Source: the human T2T-CHM13v2.0 reference genome, Homo sapiens
Assembly (NCBI GenBank): GCA_009914755.4
Contig: CP068257.2
Location: 32,576,001 to 32,640,000, forward strand
Length of the DNA: 64,000 bases
Direction: 5' to 3'
Part shown: piece after piece, positions 44,573-59,879 of the stretch
Layout: each line of letters starts with the position of its first letter
Numbering within the stretch: position 1 is the stretch's first letter
Translations under genes and position numbers: made by a program
The notes under the pieces: generated by a model
Databases searched by the model: none
Told to the model about the DNA's origin: nothing
Seen by the model: the letters and a program-made list of their open reading frames with translations, nothing else

Positions 44573-45113
44573 GTCTGAAAAGAAATACCACACTGAGACT
44601 GCAAGACACTGCGAGACACTCAGTAAAAAGATGATCCCCAACCCTCGCCCTCGCTGCTGGTTGGGAATGGATTGTCTCGCACCCATCTGGTTACACCCTA
44701 GTGACACTGTCCTCCTCTTGACCCTCAGGACTTCAGAATCACTCAGTGTTTTAGGGCAGGGAAACTTATTCACATTTTGCCACTTTCTTGGAAAGTGACC
44801 TATACTGCTGGTTTCCACTTTTAGAAGATCTAATTAAGGGATGATTGACACTTTCCCTTCCCCAAACCATCTTCAGCTCTTGCTTTGCTTAAGTTAGAAT
44901 GCCATTTGCCACAGACCTGTTGCTTTGCAACTGGGTGAGAATTTTGGCCCAGGCTGCTTGAATCAGTGACTATCTATCTATCCCGAGTCTCTGAGACTTC
45001 AGACAGGCACAACCACTGCCATTCTGTCAGGCAGAGGAGTTTCTGTAAGGGAAAACAGATGAGAAAAAGTTAAGGGAAGACCCACACAAATATGTCAAAT
45101 TGACTTTTTTTAT

Positions 45114-45557
<444 letters not shown>

Positions 45558-45564
45558 GAGTTTT

Positions 45565-45940
45565 GACAAAGATGCAAAAGTTACTGAGAGGGAGAAAAAT
45601 GGCCTTTTCAACAATCATGCTGGAGCAATTTATACTCCTCTGCAAAAAAATGAATCTCGACCTAAACCTCACACATGAGACAAAAATTAACTCCAAATAT
45701 GTCATGAACTTAAGTGTAAAATACAAAATTTTAGGAAAATGTAAGAGGAAGTTATGGGGACGTAGTGATCAATGATATGTTCCTTGACTTGATACCAAAA
45801 GCATGATCCATAAAAGAAAAAATTGATAAATTTTACCTCCTTAAAATTAAAAAAAATTTAAAAATATTTGCTCTGAGAAAGACCCCATGAAGAGAATGAA
45901 AAGACAAGTTACCTCCTGAGAGAAAATATTTGCAAACCAC
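45565..45940 (+). mobile_element. Old L1 internal (ORF2-region) fragment (tentative)
   Basis: AT-rich with the L1M-like phrase ...gagaaagaccccatgaagagaatgaaaagacaagttacctcctgagagaaaatatttgcaaaccacatat. Confidence 0.4.
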
Positions 45941-46285
45941 ATATGTTAGTCTGTTTTGCATAGCTATAAAGGAATACCTGAGGATGGGTAATTTGCACAG
46001 AAAAGATATTTACTTTGGCTCGTGGTTCTGCAGACTGTACAAGAAGCACAGTGATGGCATTGACTTCTGAGAGGCCTCAGGAAGCTTCCAATCATGGCAG
46101 AAGGCAAAGGGGGAGTAGGCGTGTCATATGGCAAGAGTAGGAGCAAGAGAGAGAGAGAGAGGAGGAGGTACTAGACTCTTTTAAACAATCAATGCTTGCT
46201 GGAACCAATAGAATGAGAACTCACTCATTACAATGGGGAGGGCACCAAGCCATTCATGAGGGATCTGCCTCCATGACCCAAATGA

Positions 46286-46648
<363 letters not shown>

Positions 46649-46649
46649 T

Positions 46650-46758
46650 GAGAAGCTCCCAACAATGGGGTCTACAACTCTTCCTGTCTCACCTGGCCCA
46701 GTGGTTCTTAGCCCTGGCTGCACATTAGAATCACTGGGGAATCTTTGCAAAAGCTTAC
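46650..46758 (+). mobile_element. DNA-transposon-derived fragment (hAT/Charlie-like terminal region), copy 1 of 2
   Basis: aacaatggggtctacaactcttcctgtctcacctggcccagtggttcttagccctggctgcacattagaatcactggggaatctttgcaaaa. About 90% identical to 57782-57880. cagtggttct...gcacattagaatcacctgggga is a hAT-Charlie terminal motif. Confidence 0.5.
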
Positions 46759-46849
46759 AGGTGTGAGCTGCCATGCCCCATGGATCACATTTCAACATAA
46801 GATTTGGAGGGGACAAACATCCAAACCATATCACCACATATTGGACAAA

Positions 46850-47530
46850 ATACTTGTATAGACTGTATAAAGAATTCTCAAAACTCAGCAGTAAAAAGCC
46901 CCCAAAATCCAATTAGAAAATTGGGGAAAGACAGGAACAAAACTTTTCATTGAAGAGAATATGCAGAAGCACACGAAAAGGTATCCAACACCGTTAGCCA
47001 TTAGGGAATTGCAAATTTAAACCACAATGAGATATCACTGCACACCTATCTGAATGGCTAGTGATAACACCTGGTTCAGGCAATGATATGGAGAAACTGG
47101 ATCACTCACACATTGCTGACAGGGATGTAAATGGTACAGCCCCTCTGGAATAGTTTGGTAGTTTCTTACAGAACTGAACATGTGCTTGCCATATGACCCA
47201 GCATTTGCACCCTTGAACATTTATCCCAGAGAAATGAAACCCTACGTTCACACACAAAAACACCTTTACAAAAATATTCCAAGCAGCTCTACTTGTAATA
47301 GCCAGAACCTGGAAACAACCTCAATGTCCTGTGGTGAGTGAATGGTTAAACAGAATGTGGTCCATCCATACTAGTGTCAATTTCCTGGGGGTGACATTGT
47401 ACTATAGTTGTGCAAGAGGGTGCTGTTGTTGGGAGAAGCTGGGGGAAGGGGTCTTCCTGAAATATTTCTTACAACTGCATATGAATCTATAATTATCCCA
47501 AATGAAAAGCTTTTAAAAAGTCAAGCAATT
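46850..47530 (+). mobile_element. Old L1 (L1M-like) 3' end (ORF2 C-terminus plus 3'UTR)
   Basis: ...ccattagggaattgcaaatttaaaccacaatgagatatcactgcacacctatctgaatggc...tatcccagagaaatgaaaccctacgttcacacacaaaaacacctttacaaaaatattccaagcagctctacttgtaatagccagaacctggaaacaacc...cttacaactgcatatgaatctataattatcccaaatgaaaagctttt. Confidence 0.75.
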
Positions 47531-47534
47531 GTAG

Positions 47535-48995
<1,461 letters not shown>

Positions 48996-49018
48996 AGTCC
49001 ATTTGATAATAATATTAA

Positions 49019-49048
49019 TTGCTTCTCAGCCTTTTGGCTAAGATCAAT
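49019..49048 (+). pseudogene. Fragment derived from the 5' end of U2 snRNA (~30 nt)
   Basis: ttgcttctcagccttttggctaagatcaat vs U2 snRNA 5' end cgcttctcggccttttggctaagatcaag (27/29 identical). Nothing downstream matches U2. Confidence 0.5.
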
Positions 49049-51829
49049 TATAAAAATTAATATGAGCAAACCTCTATTAATATTTTTCCACAGTTCAAGG
49101 TGCTTTTAAGAACATTTTCTCCTGTAAGCCTTATGACCATCCTCTGGGGCAGGTGGAAGGTGGAGTGTGTTAAACGATGGTGAGTCCTGTGTGCAGAGTA
49201 CATGCAGCAAAGGCCTGGGGAAGAAGTGTGCCCTGCATCCTCTCACTCCCATAGCCAGCAGGAGGCACCCATGTGGTCAAGGACACACTTTTCCTTCAAG
49301 GATAGGGATAGGGCGAGGGTGGGGATTGGGGCTCACCAGTGAAATGAGCTGGGGGTGGGTGTTGAGGCTCCAGCTCAGACAAGCTGGATAGAGGCAAGGA
49401 AAAGAGGTGTGTGGTCCCAGCATGAGGGTAGGACCAGGTCAGGGAAGTGCTAGGTGCCAGCTGGGTCACTGGCTGCCACAGCTTAGCACGTCAGTGGGAC
49501 ACTACTGTGCAGACAAGGAAGGGAGAGGAGGAAGGCAAAAAGAAGGCCAGTAATGGGGTCCAATAAAGGACATTTTGGATCTCAAAATGGGAGAGGTACG
49601 AGTCTGAAATCTGGGATGGATCCAGTAATAAACCCAAAGTGCTGATTTATGTTGGGAATTTATATGTAGTCAGAAAATGGGAGAGGATACAGTGGGAGTG
49701 ATTTTTCTGGGGGCCATGACTAGGTCCCATGACTGCTGGCTTTCCTCCTTTATGCTTTCTGAAGTTATTTATCTCTTTACCAAGCACTTGTGCTGGGCAC
49801 ATGGTTGGGTACATAGGCATTCCTGCTGCCAAGTTTGGTGGAGAAAGCTGTCTCCCTCTTGTGGTCTCCTGGGGAAACCACTTGGTCCTCTCTTGCCAAG
49901 GAGAGAGGGGCTGGGATTTTGGGAGTCTTCAGAGGCCACCTTGGTGCTTCCAGGTGTCAGGCCACCTCCGGACAAGAAGCAAAGATTGGGAAGTGGAGGT
50001 CAGGCTTGACTCTTTCTTGGGTATTTTAGACCAAAGGGAATTCACAGGAAACCTGAAAACTGGGGGAAGTGAAGAAGAAAATAAAGCAACTGCAGATGGG
50101 GCAGAAGATTCTAGAGCCTTAGGGGCTAACTAGTGCTGCCACTTTGGTAGAAGGAACAAAATGTTTGGAAAGAGCCAGGCAAGGAGTGCTTTATCCTTCA
50201 TGTCCTCTTTCTGTGAGCAGCTCTCATGACCCTATCCAAGATGACCAGGGACACCCTCTTCCTATGCAGTGTGGCAGCAGAGTCCCACTCTTCTGCAGAC
50301 TGTAATGATGTTTCCTTATGAGAACAATTACAATGATTTGAGAGCAAGCAATGGTGTTCTAAGTACCTGTGGTTGTCTAATTCCTTGTAACAGGACCAAA
50401 GTCTTGGATCTCCTTGACATCCTTGGAGATCTGGTGTGGTCAGCAGAGGTGTTGACTTGGGCCATGTGGCACAGGTGGCCAAGGGGCCAGTGTTCCTGCC
50501 TCCTGGGGCATCCCAGTCCATCTCAGCTTTGGGGAATCCCAAGGCTGACCTCGTCCTTACCAATGACCGAATCCAGAGGTTAAGAAAGGAAAAAATGTTG
50601 ATGCTTACTGGAAAGACAGGAAGGAGATTTGCCCTAGTGGCAGCTCTGTTTGGAACTTGAGGAAGTCAGATTGGACGCCCCTGGGAAGCAAGCCCCTTCA
50701 CCTCCGGGGATGAGGGGCCACTCATCTTGGTGACCTACTGCATTTGGGTGGCCTTTAATCACTGCGGGTAAGGCCCATGGCCTGTCTTTCTCTCCCTGCT
50801 GACCATGAGCTACAGGAGGGCAGATCAGGTCCCTTCACTGGGTCCTTTCTAGTGAAACTCAGCTGTGCGGGGCTGACAGTGTCAGCTTTTTGGCCCTTGT
50901 CATGACGCACTGAATCCCAAGAGAGTTGGTGAACTTAATTAGAGCCAGAGGCTCTTACTTGTCTGCATCTGCCGCCTTTAATCCCAAATGAAGATGTTTT
51001 AAAAATCCCTGGACATTTTGCTTTTACATTTCTGATTTCATTTTACTTTAAACTTTTTATTTTGAAAATTTTCAAGCCTGCAGAAAAGTTGCAAGAATAG
51101 TGCAATGGACATCTGCCTGCTCCTGACCTACACTTACCAGTGGTTAACATTGCCACATGAGTCTCTAGCTCTTTCCATATGGAAACTTATTACTATCATT
51201 TACTGAACCATTTGACAATAAGTTGCAGACACCATGATCCTTCATTCTCTAAACATTAAGATGAAGAACACTCATTTTCATAATCACAACACAGTTATTA
51301 CATTCAGAAATTTCAACACTAACACAGTACTAATCTGTAATATGCAGTCTAAGTTCATATTTAACCAATGTCCCAAAAATGTCCTTTACAGTAATTTTCT
51401 TTTCTGTTCCCAAGTAAAGACCTTTTATCCTTAGCGTCAACAATTGTTGAAAAGGTGGATTTGGCTACATGCACACTCACACACCTGTGTGCACACACAC
51501 CCATACACACATGGTTTTAGTTTATTTACTCATTTATTTTTTGGTGACAAGCAGCCTCCCCTGCTGCTGCAGGCTTCTAACCACTCTCCAGGCTCATTCT
51601 TCCCAGTGCTGGAGAAAGTGGCTCAAGGACTCTGTCTCATCTTGTGGGAGGAGGAAGGGAGGATGAATTCAAACAGGATTTGAGGCCTGGCCCCAGTTTT
51701 CCTGCAAGGATATTATGCTCTTGAATTATCAGTGGGATTCAGGGAGCTTTTGCTTTTAACTTACCATCGTCCATGTATAGAATCAGAAAACATGGAGCCG
51801 AAGGAGTCCACGGAGGTCAGCTGCTGCTC

Positions 51830-51905
51830 ATCTTTCCTCATTTGACAGAGAAGAAAACTGGAATTCAGGGAGGTGATGTGACTTTGCCAAGCTCACTTAG
51901 CCAGT
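51830..51905 (-). mobile_element. MIR fragment
   Basis: ctttcctcatttgacagagaagaaaactggaattcagggaggtgatgtgactttgccaagctcacttagccag resembles reverse MIR core ...ccattttacagatgaggaaactgaggctcagagaggttaagtgacttgcccaaggtcacacagc. Confidence 0.45.
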
Positions 51906-52939
51906 GCTGATTTTTTTTTAGGTGTCCAGCTATTTTGCAGACATCCAAATCTGGGAAGCAGGGAACACATAGAAAGAGTGGTCCCCAGAGAGAATGAGAA
52001 CCAGTGACATGAACATGCTTCTTGAAAGATGAAGAGGCAAAACTTTGGGTGCCATGTTGCCCCTGTGACTTGTAGCTGCAGGGGAGCTGGGTGTCAGGCT
52101 TACTACCTCTGAGGGGTGAGGGGCCAGGCTGAGGTGGTTCCCAGGCTCTTGGTGCTTTCTGTCGGGAGTCCAGGCAGGCAGAGGGTTGTGAGACTATCTA
52201 TGCTTCTTGTCTAACCACTCTGGGTTTTGGTGTCCTACTTTGGCTTGGAGTCCACCATGAAGAATTCACCATAACCTGCTCTTCTTGCTTTTGAACTCAC
52301 CAAGGGATGAGACACATGCTCAGGGTGAATGAAAAAATCGTATTTAAAATAATCCTTTCTTAAGTCATACCCAATCTTACTTCATACAATGTGGATCTTA
52401 CAGGATTCAACAATTAGTCAAAAAGTCATGAGCTAACAAAATAGGAGCTTTCTGCCAAGAACCCCTGTGCTGTGGATTTTGGGGTTGGAATCAGTTGCTT
52501 GATTTATGGGGATCCCATCCACTGGAAATGCAGAACCATGTGCCAGAGTGGTGGAGCATCATTCCTGCTGAAGATGGCTTGGAGGAAAGCCTGACCAAGC
52601 TGCATCTGTTTTGCAGATTAAGAGAGACACACACAAAACAAACTGTTGTGTCCCTGCACTTCCATGGCCTGTGATGGCCTAAGCAAAGCCGTGATGGCTG
52701 AGCATTAACATGCAGTGAATGGAACTTGGCCTTCTTTGGAAAAAATCTTTTTTGTTTTGAAAAATATTTGAACACCATATTCAGAAGTTCATGACTACCG
52801 AGAGGGAGTTTTGGGCAAATAATCAGCCCCTATCCCCTTTTCAGGATAGATTTTCTGTTTTAATTTCCAACAACAAACAGCACGAACAGAATATGGACAT
52901 GTATTGAGAGTTTTCTATGTGCCAGACACTGTTCTAAAT

Positions 52940-53130
52940 GCATTACCTATTGTTTTCTTCGATCCTCAGCACAATCCTATGAAATAAGTTCCCATTTACA
53001 GATGAGGAAACCAAGGCTGAGAGAAGAGGTTAAGTAACTTGGCTAAGGTCACACAATAATGAAACAGCAAAGTCAGATTCAAATACAGGTAGTCTGGTGC
53101 CCAAATGCACACTCTTAACCACTATTCTTT
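52940..53130 (-). mobile_element. MIR SINE
   Basis: gatcctcagcacaatcctatgaaataagttcccatttacagatgaggaaaccaaggctgagagaagaggttaagtaacttggctaaggtcacacaataatgaaacagcaaagtcagattcaaatacaggtagtctggtgcccaaatgcacactcttaaccactat. Confidence 0.65.
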
Positions 53131-53573
53131 ATGTTCTCTTAACAAATTCGTCATTCTGTTGTAAGTGAGTGAGTGTTAGAGGTGGGATGTGCCTGGAATG
53201 CAGATTCCTAGGTGATTCTTCTTGGGTGTAGATCTGATATGATTTTGCCAACTTCTAAGCCAATGTGGGGCATTCAGGTCACAGGACTGGATCTGTAGTG
53301 TGTTGTTGAGCCCTGGTAGGTGGTGTGGCCTCTGGGTGAGGTAACAGCACTGCTTCATTTACCAAGTGAATGTTGGGGAGAAGTAGAGTGGTAGGCAGCC
53401 TCCAAAATGGCCCCTAGTGATCCCCAGGTCTTGGTATTTATGTCCTTGTGTAAATCCTTCTCCTCCAATGTCAGCTGGACTTAGCGACTTGCTTCTAACA
53501 CATGGAATGGGGCAGAAATGATGGAACGCTACTGCCAAGATGGACTTATAAAAAGACAGTGCTGGCCGGGCAT

Positions 53574-53748
53574 GGTGGCTCACGCCTATAATCCCAGCAC
53601 TTTGGGAGGCTGAAGTGGGCAGACTATGAGGTCAAGAGATCAAGACTGTCCTGGCCAACATGGTGAAACCCCGTCTCCACTAAAAATACAAAAATTAGCT
53701 GGGCATGGTGGCATGCGCCTGTAGTCCCAGCTACTTGGGAGGTTGAGG
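53574..53748 (+). mobile_element. Alu, 3'-truncated
   Basis: ggccgggcatggtggctcacgcctataatcccagcactttgggaggctgaagtgggcagactatgaggtcaagagatcaagactgtcctggccaacatggtgaaaccccgtctccactaaaaatacaaaaattagctgggcatggtggcatgcgcctgtagtcccagctacttgggaggttgagg. Confidence 0.85.
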
Positions 53749-55667
53749 AAAGACAGTACCTTCCATCTTGGGTACTCATTTTCTACTGGCTCACTCGTCC
53801 TTGGGGAATCCAGCCAGCATGCTGTAAGGTAGCCCTGTGGAGAGACCCACACAGTAAGTGAGTGAGATCTGCCAAAAACTGAATGAGTGAGCTTGAAGAT
53901 GAATCTGTCCGACCCCAGTCAAGCCTTCAGATGAAACTGCAGCCCTGGCTGACAGCTTGACTGCAACCTCATGAGTGACCTTGAGCCAGAGGCACTCAGC
54001 AAAGCTGTGTCTGGATTCCTAACTGGCAGCAATTGTGGCATGGTAAACGTTTGTTGTGTTCAGCTGCTAAGCTTTGGGATGATTGGTTACACTGCAATAG
54101 ATAACGAATGCAAGGAGCAGCTGGGACCCATCTCCTCCTTTAGGTGTCACCTGAGGTGCTCGGATGGACTAAGCCTTGGCCAATCTGCAGGTTTTCACCA
54201 GCCCCTCTGGTGGTTCCTGGGTGTGCACTGAATGTGTATGTTTTGCTTGATGTCTGAGGGTGGCAGAAAGGAAAGTGAGTTTGGACCAACCACCAGGGTG
54301 TAGAAAACTGGCCTGGCCATTGAAGCCCCTGTCTCCCTACTCCATTCTGAACTTGGATGAGGAGACAGATCATTCAGGCTTGTGGGAGCCACAGCCACCC
54401 AATAAGTTTTACCTCATGCTCTTGCCATCCAGGTACCCTGATTCCCTCACCAAAAAATAAATCTTGACCGAAAACTCTAAATTATACACAGCACTTCCAT
54501 GTACATTCTCCTTTGAATTCTTATAATTGCCCTAGGATGCAGGTAGATGAGGAAACTGGGTCTCCAATGCTGGTGTAACTCTCTGTATTGTTTACAAGTT
54601 CTTTTACGTTCAAGGTCTCTTCCAAGGCATACTTATGTTTGAGCTCAGAGGAGTTGAAAGAACTGCTGGAGCCAGGACCTAAACTCAGACAAAAGAAAGA
54701 GAGCCCCAGCATAGCACCCTGCTGCCCCTGCCTGGCTTCTAAGCCTCTGTGTACCTCTGAGCCTCACCCTGCCTCTTGGGTACCACAGAAGAAACACTTC
54801 TCAGGAGAGACCATCTGGAGAAGGAGAGCTGAGGAGTTAGGCTCCCCTCAGAGGGGGTTCTTTAAAAATTCTGAAATGATGTCATTGAAAAATATGCACA
54901 CACACAAAAACAAAACCCCCTCTGAAAACCACATTTTGTTTCTAGTTATAAATTGAGGATAATAACATTGTGTTTGATTTTCAGGGTTTTTATGAAGATT
55001 AATTTTTATGAAGAGTAATTACTTGGTTAATTAATTCAGCAACTCAACAAATATATAACAGAATGTTTTCCATGTCCCAAGTATTATTCCAGATACTCAG
55101 AATGGTGGAGCACAAGATCCAGAAAATTTCTCCCCACATGGGCTTGTATTCAAGTGAAAAGATGTACTTCCTCTGCAGGAGCTAAACCTTTCTATGGTTA
55201 TAATTAGTGTGCAGAGGTGGGCTACTTTTTTCACTGAATTTATGTCATATGCACTGTTGCATAGGTTTTAGTCACTCCAGTATTAAATAATTTAATTGCA
55301 ACAGTTTACTTAATCTTGCCTAATTGATGGGCATTTTGATGTTTTCAGTTTTGACCATTATGAAGAGTTTCTGTAAACCATTCTGTATAATTAACTTTCA
55401 ACAATTCTTTTGAATTATTTCCACAAAATAAATTCATAGGAGGGGATTTGGGCTAAAGGATGTGAATTTTTTTTTTTACTCTTTTTAGATAATACCAGAT
55501 CACACTCCAGAAATTATCAAATCAAATAACTATCAACAAGGTTTTTTTTTTATACCCAGCATTCCTAGCATTGGTTTCTTGATCATTTAATTCCTTTTTG
55601 CTAGTTTCATAGGTACTTGAATTTTATGAAGTTGAACATTTTCTTTCATGTCATATAAACAAATCTA

Positions 55668-56042
<375 letters not shown>

Positions 56043-56894
56043 TCATTTCTTTCTCATGCTAGATTCCCACTGTGAGTTGAGCTGTTCCTGTCCTCATTCT
56101 AGGGGCCAGACGGTGGGGCAGCCACCGTCTGAAACGCTGCTGGTCACTGAGGCAGTAGACAAGGGAGAGTAGCAAATTACGTATAGGTTATTAAACAGTC
56201 TGGCTGGAAGTTACACATGTTACTCCTGCCATTTCATTGGCCAAAGCAAGTTACATGGCCATATCCTACTTCAAGTGCAAGGGACCTTTGATTCTATCAT
56301 GGGACCAAGAGAAGATACAGAAAAACCAGGAAGGTAGAACTAATGACCATCACATCATGGTTTAGTATTTGTGAATTTTCTTTTATAAATTGACTATTTA
56401 TCCTTTTATTGCCTTTTGGTATGCAGTGATCCAGAGAGAAGAGTATAACGTTCTTTATTTGATGCTTTTCTCTGGGAATGTTATGTTCTCACATCATCAC
56501 CCAGTGGAACTCTGATATGGCCTTTCCTCTTCTTCCTGTTCTTTTACCAACCCAAGATCAGCATTAACTGGGGGTGTTTCTTACTTTGTCTTCCCTTTTC
56601 CTTTTTGCTAAGTCAGAATGACAACCTTGAGAAGCATCCAGTCATCTTTTCCCCATTCTTAGTGCCTGGGCATTGCTCTTTCAGGTTTTCCTGCAGTTTT
56701 CAGACTAATTGGCATGAAGCCTGAGGAGTCACTTTGAGCCAAAATGTCAATGGACCTAACTAAGTGGTGATTACAGGATAGTGAGTTACTTGTTCCCTTT
56801 CAAAGGCAAGCCAGTTTGGCTTCACTTCTGGTTAACTGGTGCTTCCTTTGATGTCACTCGCGTAAAAGAGAGTGTCATTAAAAACAATCAAAGC

Positions 56895-57235
<341 letters not shown>

Positions 57236-57781
57236 TTAAAAAGCCATTTGGTGCATTTTTCATTATCTGACCGAGAGTATGTATTTGCTTTAGATAAATG
57301 CAGATCTAATTTTCCTTTCAATATAAACCTGAGAACTCTAATGAGCTGACTCGTGTCTTTCTCATTGGATCTAGCACTTCATGTACACACTAATTAGAAA
57401 AGAAACAGTTTGATGAGGTAAAGATGTGGTTTCCATTGGGGGCAGAACTTTCAGGAAAATGATGCTGTTCTTAGTAGGGATTCCTAGCACTGGCTGGAAT
57501 ATCCCCATTTGGGGAGGAGGATCTCAAATACAGAAAGAGGGAGGAATCACTTATGGTAAAAGAACAATGTGTGTGTGTGTGCATGTGTGTGCACATGGGT
57601 CTGGGAGGCCACACAGATACTGGCAAAAGAGAAGCTGAGAAAGTCAACTCCACCCAGTTCTGGAGAGGCAGGTCCCTAGGACACATCTCTAGCGGCTGAA
57701 TACTGAGAAATGCCTGCTTGGGCAGTGGGTTTAAAGGGGGGACAGGGCTCTCTTCCACTTGCTCCCAGGGTGGGTTAGGAG

Positions 57782-57970
57782 CTTTGCAACAAAAACAATG
57801 GGGTCTATAACTCTTCCTGTCTCACCTGGCCCAGTGGTTTGTAGCCCTAGCTACACATTAGAATCACGGGGGAAGCTTTGAAAAATATTGATATCCAGGC
57901 CCCATCCTCTAGAGATTTGTATTCAGTTGGTCTGGAGTGAAGCCCGGGCTTCTGCATTTTTTTTCCAGTG
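57782..57970 (+). mobile_element. DNA-transposon-derived fragment (hAT/Charlie-like), copy 2 of 2
   Basis: aacaatggggtctataactcttcctgtctcacctggcccagtggtttgtagccctagctacacattagaatcacgggggaagctttgaaaaatattgatatccaggccccatcctctagagatttgtattcagttggtctggagtgaagcccgggcttctgcatttttttt. Confidence 0.5.
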
Positions 57971-58141
57971 AACAAGGTTGAAATCCAATGAAGCACAAAT
58001 GTATCATGCCCCTTCTTGTGCCCAATGTGTCAAAATATCCATTCACCATCAAACAACCACACTTGGGGGTGTTTGTTTTTTTTTTTCATGCTTAAGACGG
58101 GCAGTTATCTTAACTCTTTTCTTTGAAGTTCCATGGAGTGG

Positions 58142-58510
58142 TGATGTGGTTTGGCTGTGCACCCCCCCAAATCTCATCTTGAGCTGTAGCTCCCATAATC
58201 CCTACGTGTTGTAGGAGGGACCTGGTGGGAGGTAATTGAGTCATGGGGGTGGGTTTTTCCCCACCACTATCATGTTCTCATGATAGTGAATAAGTCTCAG
58301 GAGATCTGATGGTTCTATAAAAGGGCAGTTTCCCTGCACATGCTTTCTTGCCTGCTGCCATGTCAGATGTGACTTTGCTCCTCCTTCGCCTTCCGCAATG
58401 ACTGAGGCCTCCCCAGCCATGTGAAACTGTGAGTCCATTAAACCTCTTTCTTTACAAATTACCCAGTCTTGGGTATGTCTTTATTAGGAGCATGAGGACA
58501 GACTAATATA
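58142..58510 (+). mobile_element. THE1-type MaLR solo LTR
   Basis: tgatgtggtttggctgtgcacccccccaaatctcatcttgagctgtagctcccataatccctacgtgttgtaggagggacctggtgggaggtaattgagtcatggggg ... aacctctttctttacaaattacccagtcttgggtatgtctttattaggagcatgaggacagactaatata. Confidence 0.85.
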
Positions 58511-59879
58511 AGTGGTTTGAATGGTGGTCCCCCAAAATATATGTGAATGTCCTGGATTCTTTGAATGTGACCTTATTTGGAAAAAGAGTCTTTATTAATA
58601 TAACTAAGTAAAGTCAGGCAGCTTGAGATAAGATCATCCTGGATTACCCAGATGGGTCTTAAATCTAATGACAAATGCTCTTATAAGAGACAGAAAATGA
58701 TAAGACAGAGACACAGAGAAGGGGGTATAGCCATGTGAAGATGGTGGCAGAGGTTGGAGTGATGTGGCCACAAGCCAAGGAATGCCTGCAGCCTTTGGAA
58801 GATGGGAGAGGCAAGGAAGTCTCCTCCCCTAGAGCCTCTGCAGGGAGCGCAGCCCTGCTGACACCTTGATTTCAGAAATCTGCCCTCCAGAATCATGAGA
58901 AAATAAACTTCAGTTGTTTTAAGTCACCAAGTTTATGGTAAATTATTACAGCAGCCACAGGAAACAAAATATATCCTATTGAATCCCTTTTCCTTTATGC
59001 ATCCTTTCCTTGGTGCTTTTCCAGATGTCTTGGCTATTTTTCCAGAATAAAGTTTACGAAATTTCCATTTTTTTTTTCTGATTTCTACACATCCCTCTTG
59101 ACAGATGCATACTGGTGCAACAACTTGCACACAGCAGCAGCTGATGCAAACCCATGGCTGTAGCCCTGTTGAAGATCCTATCTAACTGGAGTCTTTGTAG
59201 TACTAAGTTGATGCTTTAGGTTACAGAGAGAAGTGATGGCAGTAGAGCTAGGAAATAGGGAGAGGGAAACTCTAGGGCATGAGGCTAGAGCCAGAACAAA
59301 TTTTATGGGCCAAACGCATGATTTGCAGCTGTTTATGAGAAAGGATCCTTGTGCATTGCCTTGGGGGAAGGGCAGGGGCATGTTGGAACTTTAGAGCCTG
59401 AGAATGTTCTAGGTCTTCAGAGTCTGAGAAAACTTTAGGTCTTCTTTCTTGGTAAATCCCTCGCAGTGTCTTATGTAGAAAAATAGCTCCTCCTACTAAA
59501 ATGGGCAGAAGCAGAGCGGAGCAGAGGTGGGTGTGTCACAACACAATATTTCTAAGTATTTACTGGCATTGAGTGAGGGCTCACATTAACCATGAACGTC
59601 ATGCCTGGGACACCTGGAGAAAATGATGTGAAGGACAAGGGGAGTCCCAGCTGGGTCTTGTGCCAAAGAATGGTGGAAGAAGGGGAACCCAGGTGGATCC
59701 AAGGAACAGATCTGGGGGACCTTGAACAGGAAGTCTAGAAACAACAGAGGCCAAGAAGAATGGGGAGTAGTCAGGTCAGTCATGGCCAGCTGGGGAGGGC
59801 TCAGACCTCTCCTCCCCTCTTCCCACACCAGGGAGATGCCACACCAGAGAAAGATGGCTCTGCTGATATTGGGTTATTT

